A stretch of DNA of 64,000 bases from assembly GCA_046484865.1 (NCBI GenBank), contig JAWOID010000071.1, forward strand, positions 14,953 to 78,952, in the 5' to 3' direction. Both the position numbers and the translations under genes were made by a program. This stretch comes from Candidatus Krumholzibacteriia bacterium. GTDB taxonomy: Bacteria; Krumholzibacteriota; Krumholzibacteriia; LZORAL124-64-63. The notes below the pieces were generated by a model that worked only from the letters and a program-made list of their open reading frames with translations, was not told where the DNA came from and ran no database searches. Below are positions 8,233 to 21,843 of this stretch, piece after piece. Position 1 is the first letter of the stretch, and each line of letters starts with the position of its first letter.

Positions 8233-9608
8233 CCGTCCGCCTCCCGCGCCAGCTCCTGTACCCGCTCGATGTAACGGTCCACGCGGAACTTGCGCCTGCA
8301 GCCGTTCGCGCTCATCGCCCGCACCTTCCCGAACACGGGCCGCTCGGGCCAGGGCCGATCGTGCAGCCCACCGACGCTCCACGCGCAGCCCACGTATCCA
8401 TTCGGGTCGCGCCCATCCAACTCGTACCGGTCGTTGAGGGTGATGGCCGCCTGCAGCGCCGCCTCGGGATCAGGCGACCAGGCCAGGATCATCTTGGCCC
8501 AGTACATCCGCAAGTACCCGTGCATCTTGCCACGAACCAGCAGCTCCTGCTGCGCCGCGTTCCAGAGCGGGTCGTGCGTGGCGGCCGCCTCCAGAGAGCC
8601 CAGATCGTAGACGTGTTCGCGCGGATCGTCGGCGTGCTCGTCCAGGGTACGCCGGCCCCACTCCGGCAGCGCCTCCCATGTATCGTAACGCGGCTCGTGA
8701 TGGCAGAAGTTGTCGGCCAGTTCACGCCGCACGATCAGCTCTTCCAGGAAGGCGTCGCGGTCGGCGGCCGGCGCCGCGGCCCGCTGCGCCTCCCACGCCG
8801 CCCGGCGCGGTGCGAGCTGTCCGAAGCGGAGATAGGGTGAGAGATCCGACTGCCCCTGCCACGCGGCATCGTTCCGGCCCCGGTCGTAACCCTCGAGGCG
8901 CTCGCGGAGGAACGCGGCCAGGGCCGCCCCGGCAGGTCCCTCTCCCGGTGGGAAGACGTCGTGGTCCCGGCCATCCGCCGCCGCCCGGGAGACGCTGGAC
9001 ACCGCGCCAGGATCGGGTGCGGCCGCCGCAGCCGGCCACGGGGCAGGCGCCGGGAGCGGCGCTCCGACCGGCTCCGTGAGGAACGCGGGCAGAAGCCGGC
9101 GCAGCTTCGGTCGCAGGGTGCGGGCGGCGTATTCTCGCCGGTCCGAAGCCCGCCAGACCGGCACCACGTTGTGCGCGTCGACCTCCTCGCAGAGGACGTC
9201 CAGCCGGTGCGCAGCGGCCTCGCTCCAGCGGCGGATCGGCCGCAAGGGCGAGTAGTCCGCCACCACGGCGCCCGCGCCCACCCGCGCCGCCAGGGCGGGC
9301 ACCTCCGCGCCCGGATCGCCCGTGAGCAGGAAGAACGGGATGCCCTGGCCCGCGAGCTCGCGGGCGCATCCGGCGAGCCCGTTCAGCAGGAAGCGGTCGT
9401 GCCGCCGCGAGACGCCCAGGCAGTCGGGGCCCAGGGCGAAGCAGACCCCCAGCGGCGCGCCCTGCTCCGCGGCCAGCTCCCAGGCGCGGCGCAGGGCGTC
9501 GTTGTCACGCGCCCGCTGATCGCGTCGCATCCAGTACAGGACCGGCCCCGGCCCCGGCGCCGCCGCGTTCAGCGGTCGCACCCGGTCCGGATGGACGGGA
9601 CTGGGCAT
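8229..9608 (-). CDS. phr: Deoxyribodipyrimidine photolyase, class II
   Basis: ATG at 9608 lies 5 nt after GAGGAG; the alternative ATG at 9623 lacks an SD. VLYWMRRDQRARDNDAL and KMHGYLRMYWAKMILAWS...NGYVGCAWSVGGLHDRPWPERPVFGKVR are class II CPD-photolyase hallmarks. Confidence 0.9.
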   Translation of the reverse strand: MPSPVHPDRVRPLNAAAPGPGPVLYWMRRDQRARDNDALRRAWELAAEQGAPLGVCFALGPDCLGVSRRHDRFLLNGLAGCARELAGQGIPFFLLTGDPGAEVPALAARVGAGAVVADYSPLRPIRRWSEAAAHRLDVLCEEVDAHNVVPVWRASDRREYAARTLRPKLRRLLPAFLTEPVGAPLPAPAPWPAAAAAPDPGAVSSVSRAAADGRDHDVFPPGEGPAGAALAAFLRERLEGYDRGRNDAAWQGQSDLSPYLRFGQLAPRRAAWEAQRAAAPAADRDAFLEELIVRRELADNFCHHEPRYDTWEALPEWGRRTLDEHADDPREHVYDLGSLEAAATHDPLWNAAQQELLVRGKMHGYLRMYWAKMILAWSPDPEAALQAAITLNDRYELDGRDPNGYVGCAWSVGGLHDRPWPERPVFGKVRAMSANGCRRKFRVDRYIERVQELAREADG

Positions 9609-9699
9609 GCCGACTCCTCGCATGGTCGGGGTCCGGGTGACCCTTCGAGGTCAACACGGAAGGGTAACTGCGACCGCCGCAGGTGGCCATTGCTGCGGG

Positions 9700-14235
<4,536 letters not shown>

Positions 14236-14362
14236 GCTTCGACTCCGGGGTGCGGACTGCGTCCTGGCCCGTGGACAAACCGATTCCGGAGTGATGTATC
14301 GTTCGATCGCGGAGAGGCTTTCGCGAAATCTCGCTCTCGTCCCGGCGGCCGCACCCGGTCCT

Positions 14363-15991
<1,629 letters not shown>

Positions 15992-16129
15992 GGTCGCCGT
16001 CCTCACGGAACTGCGGAGGTGCGTGGGGGAACCGTTCGAGTCGCGAATCTATCATCCGCCGGCTCGGTTGACCAGCCGGGCCGGCCGATGCGCAGCTCCG
16101 TCGCGGCGGGGCGTCAGCGCCGCCCGGGT

Positions 16130-16966
16130 TCAGCGCGTGGCCAGCGGCGACGGACCCGACGGCGGAGGCAAGGCCGTCTCCAGCTCACGACGATCGTCGT
16201 CGCCGAGCCTCAGGTCGCGAGCGGCGGCATCATCCTCCACGTGTTGCACGCTGCCCGCCTTCGGGAACGTCACCACGCCCTCCTGCTCGAGGAGCCAGGC
16301 CAGAGCCACCTGAGCCGGTGTGGCGCGGCGCCGCTCCGCCACCGCGCAGACGACCGGGTGGCGCAGCAGATCGCCGCCGTCGAAGGGGGAGTATGCCATC
16401 ACCGGCACGCCGTGCTCCCGGCACCACGGCAGCAGGTCCCATTCCGGGCCGCGCTCGCCCAGGCCGTAGTACACCTGGTTCACCGCCACGCTCTCGCCCC
16501 CCGGCAGCCTCTCGGCGCGCTCCATCATGGCCCGGTCGAAGTTGCTCACCCCGTAGTGGCGGATCTTGCCATCCCGCACCAGATCCGCGAAGGCCGCGAG
16601 GGTGTCCTCGAGCAGGTGCGGCCCGGGCCAGTGCAGGAGATAAAGGTCGAGATGATCGGTCTGCAGGCGGCGCAGCGACGCTTCGCAGGCGCGGCGGGTC
16701 CCCTCGCGCGAGGCGTTTACCGGCAGGACCTTGCTGACCAGCACCGCCTGGTCGCGCCGGCCGCGCAGTGCTTCTCCCACCAGCTCCTCCGCCGCACCGT
16801 CGCCGTACATCTCGGCGGTGTCCACCAGCAGCAGGCCGAGATCCAGCCCGCGCTGCAGGGCGGCCAGCTCCTTTCGCCGGCGGCTGCGGTCCTCCCCCAT
16901 GCGCCACGTTCCCAGTCCCAGGCGCGGGAGCGCCAGGCCGGTGCGTGTGGTCACCCTCTCGGTCAT
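16130..16966 (-). CDS. Aldo/keto reductase
   Basis: ATG 7 nt after AAGGGAG. LGLGTWRMG, DTAEMYGDG..EELVGEAL and LDLYLLHWP are AKR signatures. Confidence 0.9.
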   Translation of the reverse strand: MTERVTTRTGLALPRLGLGTWRMGEDRSRRRKELAALQRGLDLGLLLVDTAEMYGDGAAEELVGEALRGRRDQAVLVSKVLPVNASREGTRRACEASLRRLQTDHLDLYLLHWPGPHLLEDTLAAFADLVRDGKIRHYGVSNFDRAMMERAERLPGGESVAVNQVYYGLGERGPEWDLLPWCREHGVPVMAYSPFDGGDLLRHPVVCAVAERRRATPAQVALAWLLEQEGVVTFPKAGSVQHVEDDAAARDLRLGDDDRRELETALPPPSGPSPLATR

Positions 16967-17100
16967 CGCATCGCTCCCTTCGGCGGCAGGGCGCCGGCTC
17001 GCGTGGCTCCAGGCGAACGCCTGGCGCGCCCGGCCCGCCCCCCTGTATCATGGCAAGATCGGAGCGAGGGCCCCTCACGCGCCACCTGCGGGGAGAGGAC

Positions 17101-18171
17101 ATGCGCTACAAGCTGCTCGGCCGCAGCGGTCTTCGCGTCAGCGAGATCTGTCTGGGCACCATGACGTTCGGCACCGACTGGCCCATCGGCGTGGACGAGG
17201 CGACCGCGCGGGCCGTCTTCGATGCGTTCCGGGAGGCGGGCGGGAACTTCCTGGACACAGCCAACCGCTATACCGACGGCAGCAGCGAGGAGTTCGTCGG
17301 CCGCTTCGTCGCCGCCGAGCGCGATCGGTGGGTGCTCGGCACCAAGTACACGCTGGCCACCGATCCGTCCGACGTCAACGCCTGCGGCAACCACCGCAAG
17401 AACCTGGTCCAGGCCCTCGAGGCGAGCCTGCGGCGGTTGCGGACCGACCGCGTGGACGTCTTCTGGGTGCATGCCTGGGATGCGCTCACGCCGGTCGAGG
17501 AGGTCATGCGCGCGCTGGACGACCAGGTGCGCCTGGGCAAGGTGCTGTACGTGGGGATCAGCGACGCGCCGGCCTGGTGGATCGCCCGCGCGAACACGCT
17601 GGCCGAGCTGCGAAACTGGAGCCCCTTCGCCGCGGTGCAGTTGAAGTACAGCCTCCTCGAGCGTACCGCCGAGCGCGAGTTGCTGCCCATGGCGCAGGCG
17701 CTCGATCTGGCGGTCACCACCTGGGGTTCCCTGGGCGGGGGTTTCCTGTCCGGCAAGTACCACGACGCACAGGGCCGGCGCCGCCCGAAAGCGGACGTGG
17801 AGAGTCGACGCGAGGGCGTGGGCGAGCGCGAGAGCGAACGCGAGGACGCGGTGGTGCGCGCGGTCATGGACGTGGCCCGGGAGCTGGAACGTCCCGCGGC
17901 TCACGTGGCCCTGACCTGGGTCCGACAGCGGCCCGGGGTGATGATCCCGGTCGTGGGCGCACGCACGGCGGAACAGTTGCGGGAGAACCTGGGCTGCCTC
18001 GACGTGCGGCTGGACGACGACCAGCTGCGCCGCCTGGACGAGGCCGGCGCGATCGACCTCGGCTTCCCGCGCGCGTTCCTGCGGCAGGATGCGATCCGCC
18101 GCCTGGTCCACGGCGACGATCCGGAACGGGTGGACGACCACCGCCGCGGGCGGCGCGGACCGACCATCTGA
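17101..18171 (+). CDS. Aldo/keto reductase (Tas/YajO-like long form)
   Basis: Internal ATG at 17101 gives MRYKLLGRSGLRVSEICLGTMTFG. DTANRYTDGSSEEFVG and VDVFWVHAWD motifs. Divergent from the AKR at 16130-16966. The upstream 111 codons of the track ORF overlap that gene and are rejected. Confidence 0.9.
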   Translation: MRYKLLGRSGLRVSEICLGTMTFGTDWPIGVDEATARAVFDAFREAGGNFLDTANRYTDGSSEEFVGRFVAAERDRWVLGTKYTLATDPSDVNACGNHRKNLVQALEASLRRLRTDRVDVFWVHAWDALTPVEEVMRALDDQVRLGKVLYVGISDAPAWWIARANTLAELRNWSPFAAVQLKYSLLERTAERELLPMAQALDLAVTTWGSLGGGFLSGKYHDAQGRRRPKADVESRREGVGERESEREDAVVRAVMDVARELERPAAHVALTWVRQRPGVMIPVVGARTAEQLRENLGCLDVRLDDDQLRRLDEAGAIDLGFPRAFLRQDAIRRLVHGDDPERVDDHRRGRRGPTI

Positions 18172-18235
18172 GCTCGCCTGCCCTGCCGGCGTCGCCGTCC
18201 GTGCCCCGCAATTCGTCGCCGGCGGCGATGCAGCG

Positions 18236-18304
18236 GTCCCCGCCCGAGACGCGGCGGCGTTCCCCGCCGGACACGGCGGCGGTCCCCGCCCGAGACACGG
18301 CGGC
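18236..18304. repeat. Three tandem imperfect 23-nt repeats in the intergenic region
   Basis: gtccccgcccgagacgcggcggc (18236-18258) / gttccccgccggacacggcggcg (18259-18281) / gtccccgcccgagacacggcggc (18282-18304). They lie between the AKR stop (18171) and the C1 peptidase start (18392). Confidence 0.8.
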
Positions 18305-18391
18305 GCCCGGTTTCCCACCTGACAGTGCGTCTCCCGCCAGCTATGGTGGCAACCGTCCTGGGCACCCAACCCGTCCGCGAGGAGAGCCGTC

Positions 18392-19696
18392 ATGAACCAG
18401 CATCTGCATCGCGTAGCGCTGATCGGCGCGGTACTCGTCGCCGCGTCCGGCGGGGTCGCCGCCGCCGGAGACGAACCGCGACCGGAGCGCCGTGACCAGC
18501 CCGTCTACCGGCCGGCCAACCGCTACCCGGTCCTCGAGGAGATCGAGGCGGCGCGGGCCACGCAGCAGGCCATCCGCGACTCGCTGAAGGCCGCCGCCGA
18601 CGCCCGGCACGCCGCCGAGTCCGAGCGCCGCGAGGACGAGGCGCGCTCGCTGCGGGTGGACCTCTCCGCGTTCGATCTGCCGCCGTCCCCGGAGATCTTC
18701 CCGACCGCCTGGCACACCCCGCCCCTGCCGCAGTACTTCACGGGCACCTGCTGGGCCTTCTGCTCGGTTTCGCTGCTGGAATCCGAGATCCAGCGCCGAC
18801 ACGGCCGCGAGGTGAAGCTGTCGGAGATGTGGATCGTCTACCACGAGTACCTCGAGAAATCCCGCCGCTTCCTGCGCGAGTACGGCCACAGCGCGGTGGC
18901 CGAGGGGAGCCAGGATCACGGCACGCTGGAGGTCATGGAGAAGTACGGCCTGGTGCCCGCCGAGGCGTATCGCGGCGTCCTGCAGGAGGACGGCCGATTC
19001 GACCACGAGCCGCTGCTCCAGGAGCTGAAGGGCTATCTCGTCTGGGTGCGCGACAGCGGCACCTGGGACGAGCCGACCAATCTCGCCGCCGTGCGGGCGA
19101 TCCTCGACCGGCACCTGGGATCGCCGCCCGGCCGCTTCGCCTGGCGCGGCCGCGAGTACGAACCCGAGAGCTTTCGGGACGAGGTCGTCGGCCTCGACGC
19201 CGACGAGTACGTGAGCTGCGTGTCGCGGCTGGATGAGCCGTTCGGCGCCTTCGTCCTGCTGGACGTTCCCGACAACTGGCGGCGCAGATCCGACTACCTC
19301 AACCTGCCTCTCGACGCCTGGTACGGCGCGTTGCGCGGAGCGGTGACGGACGGTTACACGGTGACGCTGGGCGGCGACGTCTCCGAGCCCGGGCTCGACG
19401 GTCACCACGACGTCGCCGTGATCCCTTCCTTCGACATCCCGGCCGCCGCCATCGACCAGGGCGCGCGCGAGTTCCGCATCGCCACCCGCCAGACCACCGA
19501 CGATCACGGCGTGCACGCGGTGGGCTACGTGCGCCACGGCGGGGCCGACTGGTTCCTGATCAAGGACTCGAATCGCTCCAGCCGGCTGGGTCGCTTCGAG
19601 GGCTACTACTTCTACCACGGCGACTACGTCAAGCTGAAGACGCTCGCCTTCCTGGTGCACCGGGACCGGCTGCGGGACCTGCTGCCGCAGGAATGA
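18392..19696 (+). CDS. Secreted papain-like cysteine peptidase (C1 family, aminopeptidase C/bleomycin hydrolase-like)
   Basis: ATG after GAGGAGAG. Signal peptide HRVALIGAVLVAASGGVAAAG. Active-site Cys in FTGTCWAFCSV. His in DDHGVHAVGYV...DWFLIKDSN. Confidence 0.8.
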   Translation: MNQHLHRVALIGAVLVAASGGVAAAGDEPRPERRDQPVYRPANRYPVLEEIEAARATQQAIRDSLKAAADARHAAESERREDEARSLRVDLSAFDLPPSPEIFPTAWHTPPLPQYFTGTCWAFCSVSLLESEIQRRHGREVKLSEMWIVYHEYLEKSRRFLREYGHSAVAEGSQDHGTLEVMEKYGLVPAEAYRGVLQEDGRFDHEPLLQELKGYLVWVRDSGTWDEPTNLAAVRAILDRHLGSPPGRFAWRGREYEPESFRDEVVGLDADEYVSCVSRLDEPFGAFVLLDVPDNWRRRSDYLNLPLDAWYGALRGAVTDGYTVTLGGDVSEPGLDGHHDVAVIPSFDIPAAAIDQGAREFRIATRQTTDDHGVHAVGYVRHGGADWFLIKDSNRSSRLGRFEGYYFYHGDYVKLKTLAFLVHRDRLRDLLPQE

Positions 19697-19833
19697 CGGG
19701 AATGAGTCGATCCGGGGCGGCGGATCCGGTGCTTCGACCCGAGATTGTCCGGTGACCGCCAGGTGGTACGCTCGACCGAGCGCTCCGCTCGCCTGGGCGC
19801 GCCGGTCGGCGTGACTGCAACCGAGGACCAGCC

Positions 19834-20847
19834 ATGACGTATCTCCAGGAACCGCCCCCGCACGAGATCGTCCACGCTCGCCGTCAGGAGCGCGCACCGA
19901 CCATGGGCCAGAGAGCCTTGCTGCAGATGAGCGTGACGCTGGGCCTGCTGGCCGCCGCGGTCGCTGCCCTGCTCGTGTGGAAGGGCCGCGTCGTGATGGG
20001 GGTCTACCTCGCCGACCCGTTCGCCATGGTGCTGAACGGCCTCATCGTGGCGCTCTTCGTGCTGGGGCTCGTGCGACTCTTCCAGGGTCTGCGGCACTAT
20101 GCGCGGGAGGAGCGGGAAGTGAACCGCTTCCTGAGGATGCGCAGCGACGGCATGCCAGGCGCCGCGGCCTTCGACGACCTCGCCGACGACTCGATCATGG
20201 CTCGCCGCTACTTCACGATCCGGGGACTCTACGAGCGAGGCATCCCCATCGATCACGGAGCGATCTCGGCGATCATGGTGGCGGAGGAGTCGCTCTACCA
20301 GTCATTCCCCCGCTTCGTGAACAACGTGCTCATCCTCACCGGCGTGTTCGGCACGGTGACCTCGTTGATCATCGCCCTCGTGGGCGCCAGCGACGTGATC
20401 CAGACCGCCGTGCCCGGCGAAGGCATGGGGCTGATGCTGCTGGGCATGAACACGGCGCTCACCACCACGGCCACCGCCATCGTCTGCTTCTTCTTCTTCA
20501 CCTACTTCTACCAGAAGCTGGGCGACGTCCAGAGCTACCTCTTCAGCCGGCTCGAGCGTGCGACCTTGCTCTACCTGGTTCCCGAGTTCGCCTTCGACAC
20601 CGACGCCGTCAACCACGAGACCCGCCGCCTGGTCGAGGAGGTGCGCGGACTCACCCAGGACCTGCGCACCGGGCTCGGCGATCTCCAGCGCAGCACCGCC
20701 GCCCTGGCGATCCCGCAGCACGAGCGGCTGAAGGTGTGGTCCGGCCTGGCGGCCGGCCAGGAGGAGCAGGTCCGGCGGCTGGAAGGGCTCGGCTCCCAGC
20801 TCGAGGAGCTGCACCGCGTCCTGGTGGAGGGGTTCCGCCTGCGCTGA
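19834..20847 (+). CDS. MotA/TolQ/ExbB-family ion-channel subunit with MotA-like 4-TM topology and C-terminal coiled-coil tail
   Basis: ATG 7 nt after GAGGA. Four predicted TM helices with a ~75-aa loop between TM2 and TM3. Channel motifs LILTGVFGTVTSLIIAL and GMNTALTTTATAIV. The last ~110 aa are heptad-rich. Confidence 0.65.
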   Translation: MTYLQEPPPHEIVHARRQERAPTMGQRALLQMSVTLGLLAAAVAALLVWKGRVVMGVYLADPFAMVLNGLIVALFVLGLVRLFQGLRHYAREEREVNRFLRMRSDGMPGAAAFDDLADDSIMARRYFTIRGLYERGIPIDHGAISAIMVAEESLYQSFPRFVNNVLILTGVFGTVTSLIIALVGASDVIQTAVPGEGMGLMLLGMNTALTTTATAIVCFFFFTYFYQKLGDVQSYLFSRLERATLLYLVPEFAFDTDAVNHETRRLVEEVRGLTQDLRTGLGDLQRSTAALAIPQHERLKVWSGLAAGQEEQVRRLEGLGSQLEELHRVLVEGFRLR

Positions 20848-20868
20848 CCGCCGCCCGGAGGTGACCCC

Positions 20869-21828
20869 GTGCACGTGTTCCGCTCCTTCCCCGACCTTCA
20901 CCCCGGCGATCGCGGCGCTCGGTCGGGTTCCACGCTGTGGCCGTCGTTCGCCGACATCATGACGGTGATCCTGATGGTGTTCATGCTCACCATGGTGGCG
21001 GTGATCATCAAGAACGCGAGCCTGCTCGAGTCGGTCCGTCTGAGCCACGCCCGGCAGACCGAGGCGGAGGCCGCGCTCCAGGTGCAACTGGGCCGCTTGG
21101 CCGATCTGACGGCCGCCAACGTGGACCTCGAGGAACAGCTCCGCGACCGGGAGACGCAGATCATCGTGCTGACCGACGAACAGACCCGCCTGCAGGACCT
21201 GCTCGACGCCAGGATGCTGGTGATCGAGCGCCTGGAGGAGGAGCGCGCCGATCTGCAGGAGTCGGTGCGGGTCATCCGCATGCGCGTGGCCGAACAGGAG
21301 GAGGAACTGGCGGCGGCTCAGGGCCGCATCACCGAGGTCACGGCCGCGGCCGAGGCGCGCCGGGACGAGTTGCGACGGGAACTGGAGGCGCTCCTGCGGC
21401 AGTTGAACGAGAAGGACGCCTTCCTGATCACGCTGCAGGACGAGAAGAGCGACCTGCAGTCGCAGCTCGACCAGCAGCGGCAGGATTTCGCGTCGATGGA
21501 GGACGAGTATCTGCGCTTGCTGCGGCCCGCCCGCAGCCCCCACGGCAAGCAGGTGGCCACGGTGCAGTACTACCGGCTGGGGCCGGACTATCACATCCTC
21601 TTCAAGGACGTGGGCGCGACGGAGGCCGAGGAGGTGAGCCGGGACGAGTTGCACCGGCGTCTCGGCGCGCTGAAGGAGCGCCTGGGCGACGACCTCTACG
21701 TGAAGATCGTGATTCCCGACGCCAGCGGACTCTCGTTCAACGAGGCCTGGCGTTTCACCGACGACATCCTGTCGCGCTACGATTACTACCACGCCGAGAG
21801 TCCGCCGGAGCAGGCGCGAGGGCGGTGA
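20869..21828 (+). CDS. MotB/ExbD-like single-TM subunit with invariant Asp, long coiled coil and small C-terminal domain (no clear OmpA domain)
   Basis: GTG after GGAGGTG, 21 nt downstream of the MotA-like gene. LWPSFADIMTVILMVFMLTMV resembles the MotB/ZorB TM segment, with the Asp codon at 20953-20955. Residues ~55-215 are E/Q/R/L-rich heptads. C-terminal LYVKIVIPDASGLSFNEAWRFTDDIL. Confidence 0.5.
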   Translation: MHVFRSFPDLHPGDRGARSGSTLWPSFADIMTVILMVFMLTMVAVIIKNASLLESVRLSHARQTEAEAALQVQLGRLADLTAANVDLEEQLRDRETQIIVLTDEQTRLQDLLDARMLVIERLEEERADLQESVRVIRMRVAEQEEELAAAQGRITEVTAAAEARRDELRRELEALLRQLNEKDAFLITLQDEKSDLQSQLDQQRQDFASMEDEYLRLLRPARSPHGKQVATVQYYRLGPDYHILFKDVGATEAEEVSRDELHRRLGALKERLGDDLYVKIVIPDASGLSFNEAWRFTDDILSRYDYYHAESPPEQARGR

Positions 21829-21843
21829 CGCTCCGATCGCAGG

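Noticed and set aside
16007-16129. Leader of cysS examined for a T-box or attenuator structure
   Set aside because: No specifier-loop or T-box consensus was recognisable. There is only an imperfect GC stem near the upstream AKR stop.
19834-21828. Possibility that the MotA/MotB-like pair is a Zorya defence system
   Set aside because: The ZorA hallmark (a very long C-terminal tail of several hundred residues) is absent. ZorB normally has a peptidoglycan-binding domain. No ZorC/ZorD-like (EH-signature or helicase/nuclease) genes follow. The pair is therefore reported as an unclassified motor module, not as Zorya.
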